Assembly: GCA_964016885.1 (NCBI GenBank)
Contig: OZ024760.1
Span: 17,422,001-17,486,000 of the forward strand
Direction: 5' to 3'
Source of the DNA: Eledone cirrhosa
Taxonomy: Eukaryota
Length of the DNA stretch: 64,000 nt
Shown: in pieces, positions 1 to 12,776 of the stretch
Numbering within the stretch: the first letter of the stretch is position 1
How the letters are laid out: the number at the start of each line of letters is the position of its first letter
Notes under the pieces: generated by a model
Seen by the model: the letters and a program-made list of their open reading frames with translations, nothing else
What the model was told of the DNA's origin: nothing
The model's database searches: none
Made by a program: the position numbers and the translations under genes

Positions 1-704
1 AAAAAATTAATACTGAATTAGGTTATTTTTTTAATGCCTCACTGTTGGAGTGTGTGTGTGAGAGATTTTATATAGGTGTATGTGTGTGATATTTGATATA
101 GGTTTGTATGTGTGTGTGTGAGATTTTATATAGGTGTATCTAGATGTATATATGAGTTTTATATAGGTGTATGTGTGATTTTATATAGGTCTGTGTGTGT
201 AAGTGTGAGATTCTATATAGATGTGTGTGTATGATTTTATGTCTGTGTGTATGTGTGATTTTATATAAGTGTGTGCGTGTATGTGAGATTCTATACAGGT
301 GTGTGCACGTGTGTTATTTTATATAGGTGTGTGTGTGTGCGTGTGTGTATGCCATGAATGTACACTGCATGCTTTTCAATTGATAAATAATTAAATAAAT
401 GGACAGGGCAAATTTGGAGGTGAATGAATAATGACCACAGTCAACAATTCCTGTATGGACAGGGCAAAGTTTGGAGAAGAGTGGACACTGACCATAGTCA
501 GAAAACCCTGTATGGACAGGGCAAAGTTTTGTTATTGTTAATGCTTTTTTTTATCCCTCTCGCTCACCACCGTTAAATATCACACCATCTTGTGTAAATG
601 TGTGCATATGTATGTACATATGTGTGCGTGTGTATATATATATATATGAAAATAATATACATAGATATGGATGTATAGAGGTTTATATATTATGTGCATG
701 TGTG

Positions 705-743
<39 letters not shown>

Positions 744-1034
744 TATATACATCTACATGTGTACATAAATATATATATATACATGCACACACACAAATAT
801 ATGTATCAATCTTTTATTTTATATATATATATATATATTAAATATATATATATATATATTATATATATAAATATATGTGTGTGTGTGTGAGAGAGAGACA
901 GAAAAAAGAAAAAGTGAGTTAATGAGAGAAAGTATGTGTGTGAGTGTATGCATATGCATGTTTGTGTGTATGCGTCTGAATTTATGTGTGCGTGAGACTT
1001 GAGGTACAGTAAAAAGTCCTGGGTTATTTTCTTT

Positions 1035-3875
1035 TCACTTGACCAGTCCAGCCTTTTTAGCTTCTGTTTCATATATAAGGAGCCTCCACATTTTTACGAC
1101 AAACACCTCAGCTTCATCGTCCAGTACCATCGCGACATCGTTGAGAATGTTGGCAGGAGTGCTACGACCCACCACCTTCTGACATATAAACTCTGTTAGA
1201 GTCGGTTCTTCTTCTCCGATGTACTCAACAATCTTCTTATTAACCCACGGCTTGATACGTTTGTCCATGAGGACCTGGTCAACAATAGCCCAGTCGAGTG
1301 AGTAGGTGAATAGTTCTTCCTTGCCGGTCGGTATCTGTTCGATGAGTTGTTTGATCTGTTGCCGTTTTTCTTCTATGGAGGTGACCACCTTTTTTTCAGA
1401 CTTCTCCTCCTCGTAATCCAGCGGCACAAGTTTACGTTTACCTGCCGCCGACTCGCTGGAGTAGTCGTCCTGGTTGAAAACATCACCAATCGTGATCTTC
1501 TTCCGTTTGGGATTAGACAGGTCGCTAGGGCTGTCGGATGTGCGTAGCTTCATGGCATTGAAACCAATCTTGGTGGTCACCTCTTCTTTTACGGCTGGAC
1601 TGAAAACTGGTTGAGTGTTCAGATTCCTGCTAGGGACTGTGTTGGTGTTGTTAATGCTGCAGCTGTTGTTGCTGTTGTTGTTGCTGTTGTTGTTGTTGTT
1701 ATTATTACCAGTGTCTGTGTCAGCATCATCTCCGTCACTGCCACTGTCTCTGTCATCACATCTTCCATCCACACCAACTTTTGAGATCTTTCCCTTCCTG
1801 TCAGTCTGTGATAAACTATTTGAATGAGAATTATTTACTTTTGAGGTAACAACTTTCAAAGTGGCCTGCATGCGGGGCAACGTGGACTTAGATTCTTCAG
1901 ATTTCTGTTCCCGTTTATGTGGGGAGCCGCGTCGCAATTTCGGTTCTGGTAATGGGGGCAGTAAGTGTAGACGAGGCTTTAAATGTTCATCTCTTTCTCG
2001 TTCCATTTTGGCAATCTCTGCATCAGGGTCAGCATGTCCTTCTTCCAATAACCTTCTCCTAATTTCCTCCAATTCTTCTTTTTCTCGTTGTCGGTCTCTT
2101 GCGTCAATTTCTTTCTCCTTCTCTCGTTCTTTCAAACGTCTGGACAATGCACTGCCTCTGTAAAACTTGGGGTCATCCCTCAAGTCATCATAATCTTCAA
2201 GGAACTCTTTCAACCGTCGCGCTTCTTTATTTTCCTCACATTTCCGGCCTTCTTCTCGATCCTTCTCTTTTTCATATTCTTTGCTCTTCTTTCGTTCCCT
2301 TGCCTCCCAGTTCCGTAATCTCTCCTGGTAAGCAGCCTCCTTTTCACGCAGTTTCTTTTCTAGTTTTCTCCTCTCGTAAGCTTCCTCTTCGTCCTCGAGA
2401 TCCCAGTCTCTTCCTCGTTTGTCTCCATCCTTTGACCTCTCATGTGATCTGTCACGCGATCGCTCGCGAGAGCTGTCTCTCGACCGGTCCCTGCGTGATC
2501 TTGAGCGTGACCTTGATCGGGAGCAAGACCGCGACGGACTCCTCGACCAGCTGCGCTCCCTGTGTTCTCGTTCGTAAACTTTCCCTTTGCGCATCTTGTC
2601 CCTTCGCATGCGTTCATCATGAGCACGCCTGTCGCGTTCTCGATGCCTGGACTTTTCATTGCTTTCATCTTCCTTATGCAGATCTCGGAAACTCTTTATC
2701 TCACGGTTAATAATTTCCTTCTTTTCCTCTTCTAGTTCCATATCATCCAAACCTTTATCAGCTTGTACTTTCTCCTCTTTGCTCTTCTTCTGCGCTTGTT
2801 TTGCCTCCTTTTCTTGGTCAACGGGTGGTTCTTTTGCAAGTTCCTCAGCATATTCTCGCATGATGGCTTCCAGACCAGCTTTTGTAACACAATCCTCTCG
2901 CATAGTAATTTGATCCAAGTCATTAACCTTCTCGGTTTCCTTGCTTATCGCTTTCTCTTTATTTTGTGTTGTTGTTGCTGCTGTTGCTTTCTCTGTTTCC
3001 GTTGGAGCTTCCTCCACTTTATTCTTTGTATCTTCACCAGCACACTCTTTGCTTGTGTCACCACCATTTTTATCTTTTGTTTCTGTTGTACCTTTTAAAC
3101 TTATATTTTTTGAGGATGTCTCAGTGGAAGCTGTCTCTTTCGTAACAGTTTCCTTTGTAGCTGTCTCCTTTGAAGTTGTTTCATTTGAGGTTGTATTCTT
3201 TGAAGCTGTATTTTTCTGTTTCTGCTGTTGCAGCCATTTTGTGAGCTCGACTTTCTTCTTAGTTTTGTAGTCATCGAGCAATGCTTTAGTTTTCGCATCG
3301 ACTTTGACGACGAGTTTTTTATCGTTGATCTGCCACTCATTTAACAGACGGATACAGCGTAATGTAGATTCAGGTTCCTCATACTCACAGAAGCCGAAAC
3401 CCTGTAGCTTACCCGAGGCACCCTGGACTCTCTTCCAACTGAGTATGGTCCCACATCGTTGTAACATTTCCCTGATCATTGTATCAGGCGATCGCTCGCT
3501 TATGTTTCCCACAAAGACCGTTGTCACAGGAGGTTTCTCTTCTTTCTTAAGCAAGTCTGTTGTTTTGGGAATCTCCTGGGGAATCAGTTTCTTGTGATTC
3601 TGTTGAAGATGTTTATGGCAGGAATTATACATGGAAGTGGTGGCAGAGGTGATGGAGAGATGATGGTTGGACGAAGACGACACTGAGGGGACAGCTGTGG
3701 CGAGGGCAGCTACAGCCGTTGTACTGGACGTGATGATGGGTCTCATGACAGAGGCTGGCGGGATCATACTGACCCCCATGGGGACCATCCCCATAGGAGC
3801 GAATGTATAACCCTGAGCCATCATTCCTGGAGCCATATGAGGCAGTCCTAGGGGTGGACCAGGTGGAAACGACAT
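1035..3875 (-). CDS. RBM25: RNA-binding protein 25 (RBM25/Snu71-like splicing factor), single uninterrupted 946-aa ORF
   Basis: N-terminal MSFPP Pro-rich start; RRM with TVFVGNI and KLQGFGFCEY; RE/RD-rich middle (EFLEDYDDLRDDPKFYRGSAL); C-terminal PWI domain (IKPWVNKKIVEYIGEEEPTL...VFVVKMWRLLIYETEAKKAGLVK). Confidence 0.96.
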   Translation of the reverse strand: MSFPPGPPLGLPHMAPGMMAQGYTFAPMGMVPMGVSMIPPASVMRPIITSSTTAVAALATAVPSVSSSSNHHLSITSATTSMYNSCHKHLQQNHKKLIPQEIPKTTDLLKKEEKPPVTTVFVGNISERSPDTMIREMLQRCGTILSWKRVQGASGKLQGFGFCEYEEPESTLRCIRLLNEWQINDKKLVVKVDAKTKALLDDYKTKKKVELTKWLQQQKQKNTASKNTTSNETTSKETATKETVTKETASTETSSKNISLKGTTETKDKNGGDTSKECAGEDTKNKVEEAPTETEKATAATTTQNKEKAISKETEKVNDLDQITMREDCVTKAGLEAIMREYAEELAKEPPVDQEKEAKQAQKKSKEEKVQADKGLDDMELEEEKKEIINREIKSFRDLHKEDESNEKSRHRERDRRAHDERMRRDKMRKGKVYEREHRERSWSRSPSRSCSRSRSRSRSRRDRSRDSSRERSRDRSHERSKDGDKRGRDWDLEDEEEAYERRKLEKKLREKEAAYQERLRNWEARERKKSKEYEKEKDREEGRKCEENKEARRLKEFLEDYDDLRDDPKFYRGSALSRRLKEREKEKEIDARDRQREKEELEEIRRRLLEEGHADPDAEIAKMERERDEHLKPRLHLLPPLPEPKLRRGSPHKREQKSEESKSTLPRMQATLKVVTSKVNNSHSNSLSQTDRKGKISKVGVDGRCDDRDSGSDGDDADTDTGNNNNNNNSNNNSNNSCSINNTNTVPSRNLNTQPVFSPAVKEEVTTKIGFNAMKLRTSDSPSDLSNPKRKKITIGDVFNQDDYSSESAAGKRKLVPLDYEEEKSEKKVVTSIEEKRQQIKQLIEQIPTGKEELFTYSLDWAIVDQVLMDKRIKPWVNKKIVEYIGEEEPTLTEFICQKVVGRSTPANILNDVAMVLDDEAEVFVVKMWRLLIYETEAKKAGLVK

Positions 3876-4061
3876 GTTAGTTAGTTATATATAGTTATAT
3901 ACATACATATATATATTTGTGTGTGTGTGAAGGGGGATGGGTTTATTAAATTATGAAGAGTGGAGGGCCAGGGTTTGTGAGGAAAGGGAGAGAATGAACA
4001 TCAGAGAGAGCGATAGAGAGGTTTTACCTCACTATGTTTCAACAAAATAACGGAAGAAAGC

Positions 4062-4094
<33 letters not shown>

Positions 4095-5814
4095 TATATA
4101 CACACATATAGACAGAGAGATAGAGATGAGGCTACTATCACTCTACCTCCCCCTCGATATTTATAGCTTCGCCACTGTTTTTATCTTTTAAGCAAGTCTT
4201 TCTATTATCACTACCAGCACCAGCATCACCACCACGATGAAACAGTTTTAAAATTTTCCCAACCCTTGCCCGATAGTTCATCTCTTCGAAAGCAGATCAG
4301 ATATACTCTTCGTTTCCGCTTCTTTTTTCATTTCTATTTTTATATCCAACACCGACACCATCATCATCATCATGATCATAATCATGATCATCAATAACAA
4401 CAAGCAGAAATTACACTGTTCTTGATTGACATCATTATTTCGCTTCACTTTCCAGGAAATAGTTCATGTTCAAACGTTTTATATTGTGTGTGTGTGTGTG
4501 TTTATATGTATATTTGTGTGTGTTTATGTGTATTTGTGTGTATGTGTTTATGTGTGTATCTATGTGTATTTGTGTGTGTATGTGTTTGTGTGTATCTATG
4601 TGTGTTTATGTGTATTTGTGTGTGTATCTATGTGTGTGTGTATGTGTTTATAAGTGTATCTATGTGTGTGTGTTTATGTGTATTTGTGTGTGTATGTGTT
4701 TATAAGTGTATCTATGTGTGTGTGTTTATGTGTGTATCTGTGTGTTTATATGTGTATCTCTGTGTGTGTTTATATGTGTATTTGTGTCAGTTTAACGTGT
4801 TTGTATGTATACGTCTTAGTGTATTTATATGTTTAAATGTGTATGTTTGTGTTTATGTAATTAAATGTGTGTGCTTGTATGTATGTATTTGAGTATACGT
4901 ATGTGGGTATGTCTATATATGTGTATGTATGTTTGTGTGTGTATGTTTATGTATATGTGAATGTATGTGTGTATATATGTGAATGTATGTGTATATATGT
5001 GTTTATGTATATGTATGTGTGTGTATGTACATATGTATGTATGTGTTTGTGTGTACGTATATATGTGTATATTTAGTCAGAAATTGAATGTCAGCCCCCA
5101 TTTCTTCCTTCTTTCTTTCCTTCTCTCTCACTTGCAATGTTTTCTATATTTTTCTTCTTTATATTTTCACATCCGTACATTTGCCGCACTTTAAACAATA
5201 TCAACTATTACATAAATACATAAATACATAAATACATAAATATATATATAAACACTCTCTTCTTCTTTCTATGTAGATAAATAAATATGTATATATATAT
5301 ATATATATATATTATATAAATGCGTGTCTGTGTGAATCCCGGGTTCAATCGGGGGTAACCACAGTAAGTAAGGTACTCAATATATTAGTTGAGTATATAT
5401 ATATGTAAACAGATATATATATTTATTTATATATGTGTGTGTGTGTGTGTGAGTGTATAAATCCTTTAGTAGAAGGGTGGGTTGATGTTTTGTGTGGTGC
5501 GGTCTGTTGTGATATTTCTGTCTCTATACGCTTTCAGTGTGTATATTATTTGTTGTATGTTGAATTTCTGTAAAACATCCGTTGACACAGTAATAATCCA
5601 ATGTTCCGTTTTAAACCTTACTTGTTACAGTACTATATTATATATACATGCATACATACGTGTATATATATATATATACATACACACACACACATATATA
5701 TATATAATAAGGGTTTAGATCGATATCCAATAATGTTCCCAGCTGATACCTTACTAAGTCGCTACGTAAGATCCTCTCCGGTTTGTATAATCCAAAAGAG
5801 TGTGTGTGTGTGTG

Positions 5815-5877
<63 letters not shown>

Positions 5878-6506
5878 ATATATATGTATGTATGTATGTA
5901 TATATATATGTGTGTGTGTGTAGTATATATGTGTGTAAATATAATATTGTTGTTTAAAATCCGTTAGCAGCGTGTTTCAATATAGTCCGTAGTAAAAGCT
6001 GGCCGTGTGTAGGTTTGTTGTTTCTATATATAAAATCTGTGTACATGGGTGACCCAAGTGCGGGCCAACTGTGGCCCCGATTGTGGCCAAAATGTGGCCC
6101 ACGTAAATCTCGTCAGGCCTCCTCCTCCACCTTCTGTCTTACAACAACTCTCGACGTACACAAAACAGTGGAACGGAAGAAGTCAACTTTGGTGTCTTCT
6201 TTCACAGAAGAGCGGAACTGACGCCATCTATTGACTTTTACATACAATTGTCACACTTTCTTCTCCTCTCCCTCTTCTGTTTCTTTGTTTCCCTCACCTC
6301 ACATCCCCTCTTTCTCTCTCTTAATAGCTGATAAAATGACAGTCTTCTTTCGCCGTATCTATCCCGGATTTCAGCGATCCGTGTTCAAATCGCTCCGAGG
6401 TCAACTTTGCTTTTAGTTCTTTCGAGGACGATAATAAAGTACCAGTTCTGTGTTCAGCAGACCTTGATAGAGATCGGCTGCACCAGACCTAAATACCCAA
6501 GACTCG

Positions 6507-6546
<40 letters not shown>

Positions 6547-6826
6547 ATACTGTACCACTACGTTACCATCAGCATCTCACGTCCCAAACTATTTAAATAA
6601 AATCTTGTACTTATTAGAATTATTTTTATTCTCTCTCCACCATCTTCCCTTGTTACAGTTTCACTTGCCCTCCCTCATCACCCCCGCCTCTTCCTTCTTC
6701 CTCTCCTTCATCATCATCATCAACATCAATATCCTCCGCTCTTCTCCCTCCCCCCTCATCCTCCCCGTACCATTTCCATTCATATATTCCTCCCCCACAT
6801 TTCATTCTCACGCCGTCAAAATGATT

Positions 6827-6841
6827 TGACGTCACTTCCGG
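6827..6841. promoter_or_regulatory. Overlapping CRE + ETS composite site, candidate housekeeping promoter element
   Basis: TGACGTCACTTCCGG (reverse CCGGAAGTGACGTCA): a full CRE palindrome overlapping an ETS core, about 2.95 kb upstream of the RBM25 ATG. Confidence 0.5.
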
Positions 6842-6847
6842 TCCGGT

Positions 6848-6946
<99 letters not shown>

Positions 6947-7394
6947 GGAAAAGAACGTCCTTTCACGTTAACGATAGACCACGAGGTTATATATATATAG
7001 TCACTTATATATTATGGAATACTGTTGGCTTCTTGCTGCAATGATTTCTATACTTTTCATTTATATGTATATATATATATATGTGTGTGCGCGCGTGTGT
7101 GTGTGTGTATATATATATATATATGTATATAATTGTTTCTACTTTTGGCACAAGGCCAGCAATTATCCAGTACATGTGGGAGGTGGGGTTGACCAGGGTG
7201 GTGGTGGAGATTTGTGTATGTGTGTGTGTGTGTATGTGTATTGGTGTATGCATGTGGATGTGTTGGTGCATGCATGTGTGTGTGTGTATCTCTATGTCAG
7301 TATCTATATGTATATATGTGTTTGTATATCTATGCCAGCAAATAAAGAAATATCTCTATCTCTATATATATATGTGTATGTATATCTATGTCAG

Positions 7395-7443
<49 letters not shown>

Positions 7444-7449
<6 letters not shown>

Positions 7450-7515
7450 AATGAATAATAACAGGTAGACATCATAAAAAGGTATGATGTCTACCTGTTA
7501 TTATTCATTCTTTAT
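7444..7515. repeat. Perfect 33-bp inverted repeat abutting a (TA)n tract
   Basis: ATAAAGAATGAATAATAACAGGTAGACATCATA, 6-nt loop, then its exact reverse complement. Confidence 0.9.
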
Positions 7516-8009
7516 CTACACTCCGGAATACAGAAGGATCAGGAACTGAGTTTCTTCAACTATTTTTCCATAACTCATATATATATACACCGTACGTCAA
7601 CTCTATCCAGTGTAGTAATTAACCATTACTGCATTCAGGATAATCCTAAGCATTTCTTGCATAATCTAATATATATATATATATACATATATATGAATAA
7701 AGTTAGTCCTTCATCAGTGATCTTCCAACCATCATTGGTATTTCATCGCTTTAAAGACCATATACCTCCGGTTGGTGCGAGGAACAGCTAAAGAAAGTCG
7801 TTGGGACACGTAAATAAGGGGAACGAGCGAGAGTGTAAACAAACAAAGATGGTAAAGCAACGAAAAATGAGGAAGAAAGAGTCAAGTCCCAGATTTCCAT
7901 GAATATAAGTTCGGTGAAAATATATATATATGACCCTCCCAAAGTATAACAATATCGGTTTCAACACACGTTTTCAGATAAAGAATCTTGCTAAACAAAT
8001 TCAGAAACG

Positions 8010-8106
<97 letters not shown>

Positions 8107-8372
8107 CGCGTGTGTGTGTGTGTGTGTCTGTGTGTCTGTGTGTCTGTGTGTGTATGTCTGTGTTCAAGGAGACAGACTTCCACATGCAGTGAGTGTTAAG
8201 ATATTTCATTTTACTGTTGTTATTTTTACTGCCAGGGTGTCCCACTTGGCTCTCTACACCGAGGTGCCTGTCTGTGTGAGTGTGACTACACAGACACAGA
8301 CACACACACACACACATATATATATGTATATATATACATACACATATATATGTGTATGTAAAAGGTAAACAG

Positions 8373-8431
<59 letters not shown>

Positions 8432-8464
8432 AATATAAATATAAATATAAATACAAACATAAAT

Positions 8465-8499
<35 letters not shown>

Positions 8500-8551
8500 A
8501 ATATAAATATAAATATAAATACAAACATAAATACAAATATAAATATATATA

Positions 8552-8582
<31 letters not shown>

Positions 8583-8802
8583 CAAATATAAATATAAATA
8601 TAAATACAAACATAAATACAAATATAAATATATATATTTATATCAGTTATAAAAATATTTACTTGTATCCCAACAATTTTAAATAGAACTTTTGCATATA
8701 TATATATATATATATATGGAAAATGTAAACAAAAATAACAAAACAATTGATACAGTACATGGAAGAAATATATTAGTTTAACGCTTGAAATTGTAGGACG
8801 AG

Positions 8803-8841
8803 AGTTTTAACGTTTCGGACACTAGTCCTTCATCAGAAGAT
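8803..8841 (-). ncRNA. Minimal type I hammerhead ribozyme motif (Penelope-like), weak stem I
   Basis: Minus strand reads CTGATGA-A-GGAC-tagt-GTCC-GAAA-CG-TTA; palindromic stem III AACGTT. Confidence 0.6.
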
Positions 8842-9179
8842 AGTTAGAAAAAGAAGATAAATAGAAAGTAAAGAGTGATGAGAGGAAGGAACGGGGAAAA
8901 ATGAGAAACACACACTCACACACACAGATAATTAAAAAATATCAATTAAAATAGTTAAGACAGGGTTACTCCCCATAATTGTTGCAATGATGGTGAAGTA
9001 GCCCTGTCTTAACTTTCAGTAGATAAATGAATACTCTGTCATTCCTAATCACCAACATTTAGCTGGGATAAACTACTGACGTGGAGTGCTTTTGGATCGC
9101 TAGGACCGGCATATCCTCACAAAGTTACAAAATAACATCCATATATAAGGACCTTATCTTCTGCAATATATATGTTTGG

Positions 9180-9860
9180 TGACATAGAGTTACGGCCCTT
9201 TACGTTCTCATTTTAAATCCTGACGTGGTTAACTTTGCCTTTCATGTTTACCGTGTCGATATAAGAATTGTTTCTTCTTTAGGAACAAGGCCAGCAATTA
9301 CCCCAGTGCATTACTGGTACTTTATTTTATCGACCCCGTAAGGATGAGAGGTAAAGTTAACCTCGGCGGGATTTGAACTCAGAACGTGAAGGGCCATAAC
9401 TCTATGCTGCAAAGCATAGCGTCTGATGCTCTGTATCAGTAACGCACTAGGGTCGATTTATCGACTTTCCCCGCCCCCAAAATTGCTGGCCTTGTGCCTA
9501 TATAGGGTCGGACGCCATGCTTTCCAGCATAGTTACGTCCCTTTATGATCTGAGTTCAAATCCCGCCGAGGTTAACTTTGCCTTTCATCCTTACGGGATC
9601 GATAAAATAAAGTACCAGTAATGCACTGGTTAATTGCTGGCCTTGTGCCTATAGTAGAAACAATTATTAAAGCCGGTGGATTGGCAGTATCGGTAGAGCG
9701 TCAGACACCATGCTTTGCAGTATAGAGTTATGGCCCTTTGCGTTCTAAGTTCAAATCCCGCCGAGGTTAACTTTGCCTTTCATCCTTACGGGATCGATAA
9801 AATAAAGTACCAGTCACGCACTGGGGTAATTGCTGGCCTTGTGCCTATAGTAGAAACACT
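9180..9860. mobile_element. Cluster of 4-5 tRNA-derived SINE copies/fragments in both orientations
   Basis: Repeated body GAGTTCAAATCCCGCCGAGGTTAACTTTGCCTTTCATCCTTACGGGATCGATAAAATAAAGTACCAG. A-box-like TGGCAGTATCGG near 9682 and B-box GTTCAAATCC. One copy (about 9265-9430) is on the minus strand. Confidence 0.85.
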
Positions 9861-10459
9861 TATTACGGTCATTTGTGTTGGACAAAACCACATTTGTCAA
9901 ATGTCAAATGTTCCCATTGCTTCATAAGCCAACCGCTTTGTTTGTGTTATATAGTATTTCTACCACGTGATCGGCCGGAACTATAAGCAACACAATCTGT
10001 CTATAATTAATATATGTGTGTATGTGTCTATAATTAAAATTAATCATATTTCCGGAAATAATTATGTATTTCTCATATTTGGAGGAAAAAAGATAGAGTG
10101 GTAGTGGTGGTGGTGGAGGTGGTAGGATGGTGGTGATGGTGGAGGTGGTAGGGTGGTGGTGGTGGTGGTAGTGGTGATGGAAGCGGTAGGGTGGTAGTGT
10201 TGTTTCGGTTAATACATACATACATACATACATACATACATACATACATACATACATACATACATACATAAAACTTTGTGAAATTATAAAACCAGCAGAA
10301 CATACATACATACATACATACATGCGACATGTTGGCTGTCATTTTTCAAGGGAAACAACTATGATCGTTTATTTTACATAACCTCATATTTCAGGGGAAG
10401 TAATTTACGGGAGGCAACTAGCTTGGCTAAGGTAGACGTAATCATTTCGGGTGACCTGT

Positions 10460-10597
10460 AGATCGGTAGAGGGTCGGACGCCATGCTTTGACGCATAGAG
10501 TTATGGCCCTTTCCAATCTGAGTTCAAATCCCACCGAGGTTATTTAATTTGCCTTTCATCGTTACGAGGTCGATAAAATAAAGTACCAGTAATGCAC
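10460..10597 (+). mobile_element. SINE fragment, same family
   Basis: GGTAGAGGGTCGGACGCCATGC...GAGTTCAAATCCCACCGAGG...GTCGATAAAATAAAGTACCAG. Confidence 0.8.
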
Positions 10598-11287
10598 TCA
10601 ATAGCCTCACCATCATCCGGCCTTACTGAGATGGCAGCTGAGGCCCGTGAGGGTGCCTGGTTGTTTCTGAGCCTTAGCGACACCATCACCCGGCCTTACT
10701 GAAGTGTCAGGTGATACCCGTGAAGGTGCCTGGTTGTACCTCATGTAATTGTAGACACCATGTCCCCCATGTAAAGGTCAACCCCATGTACCTCATGTAA
10801 AGGTCAACCCTATGTACCTCATGTAATGGTGGGTCCCCATGTACCCCATGTACCTCATGTAAGGGTGGATCCCCATGTAGTACCTCATATAAGTGTCAAC
10901 CCCATGTACCCCATGTAAAGGTCAACTCCATGTACCTCATGTAATGGTGGGCCTATGTACCTCATATAACGATGAACCCCATGTGCCCCAGGTAAAGATC
11001 AACCCCCTCCCTCCATGTACCGATAGAAGAGGGTGGTCCCAAAAAGCCGCAAAACATATCGCAAGGAAACACATGGAATGATGTAAAATCCCTGCCAATC
11101 TATCATTTATCGATACTTGATTTATGGACCCACATCTACTCTTTTAACATTTACAGTAACCACAGATCGTTATTAGATCTCTTGTGGCTAAAACAGAAAT
11201 GGAGAGGAGTCGTTAGTCTTGTGTAGTGTCCACAGTTTCATAAATGTGATTTTATTTCTGAGATAAAACAAAAACAAAAACCCCTTA

Positions 11288-12450
11288 AACAACAACAGCA
11301 ACGACGACAACGAGGACGAACATGGCGACTATGACGTCAACAACAGCAACGGCAAGACAACGTCGACAACAACAACAACAACAACAACAGCAACAACAAC
11401 AACAACAACGACTATGACGACAACAGCAACAACGACAACGTCGACAACAACGATGATGACGACAATGGCGACTATAACACAACAACAACAACAATGACGA
11501 CAACAACAACAACAACAACAGCAACAACAACAATAGCAATAACAATAACAACAACAACAACAACAGCGACAACAACAACGACAACGAAAAGAACAAGAAC
11601 AACAACTACGATACCACCACCAACAACAACCACCACAACAACTACAACACCAACAACAACGACAAAAACAACGATAACAACAACGACAACAACCACCACC
11701 ACCACCACAACAACCACAACTACCACCACCACAACAACAACCACCACAACAACTACAACACCAACAACAACCACAACTACCACCACCACAACAACAACCA
11801 CCACAACAACTACAACACCAACAACAACCACAACTACCACCACCACCACAACAACTACAACACCAACAACAACCACAACTACCGCCACCACAACAACAAC
11901 CACCACAACAACTACAACACCAACAACAACCACAACTACAACCACCACCACCACAACAACCACCACAACAACTACAACACCAACAACAACCACAACTACC
12001 ACCACCACCACAACAACCACCACAACAACTACCACACCAACAACAACCACAACAATCACCACCACCACAACAACCACCACAACAACTACCACACCAACAA
12101 CAACCACAACAACCACCACCACATCAACTACGACATCAACAACAACCACAACTACCAGCACCACCACAACAACCACCACCACAACAACCACCACACCAAC
12201 AACCACCACACCAACCACCACCACCACCACAACAACCACCACAAAAACTACAACACCAACAACAACCACAACAACCACCACCACATCAACTACGACATCA
12301 ACAACTACCACCACCACAACCACCACCACAACAACCACCACACCAACCACCACCACCACCACAACAACCACCACAAAAACTACAACACCAACAACAACCA
12401 CAACTACCACCACCACCACCACCACCACAACAACAACAACACCAACAACA
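11288..12450. repeat. (CAA)n/(CCA)n trinucleotide low-complexity tract
   Basis: Nearly continuous ACA/ACC repeats; source of the spurious poly-Thr and poly-Val ORFs. Confidence 0.9.
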
Positions 12451-12677
12451 AAAGCAAGTCTATGTTGCCAGGTGATAGGAAATACACATTAGTCATCCCA
12501 AGAGATAAAATGAGTTTCCTGTTTGTTTCTGTTAAAGAACAAAATTGACTGAAAGCAGACGACATTTTATATTGGGGCAGTTGTTACATATATATAGTTT
12601 CATGGCTAAACAATATCTGTATTGAGAGAGAGAGAGAGACTATCTCATTACTGTATTGAAATACACTAATGAGATAG

Positions 12678-12776
<99 letters not shown>

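Noticed and set aside
7700-7722. Hammerhead at minus-strand CTGATGAAGGACTA
   Set aside because: Truncated by (TA)n, with no stem II partner or GAAA box. The same applies to CTGATGAGGAAAC near 45847-45859, which lacks stem II.
9670-9765. tRNA gene
   Set aside because: The A and B boxes are present but belong to the multi-copy SINE head; there is no cloverleaf, and the sequence continues into the SINE body.
11472-12492. Mucin-like poly-Thr ORF and antisense poly-Val ORF
   Set aside because: Trinucleotide repeat with no signal peptide, recognisable domain or convincing splice context.
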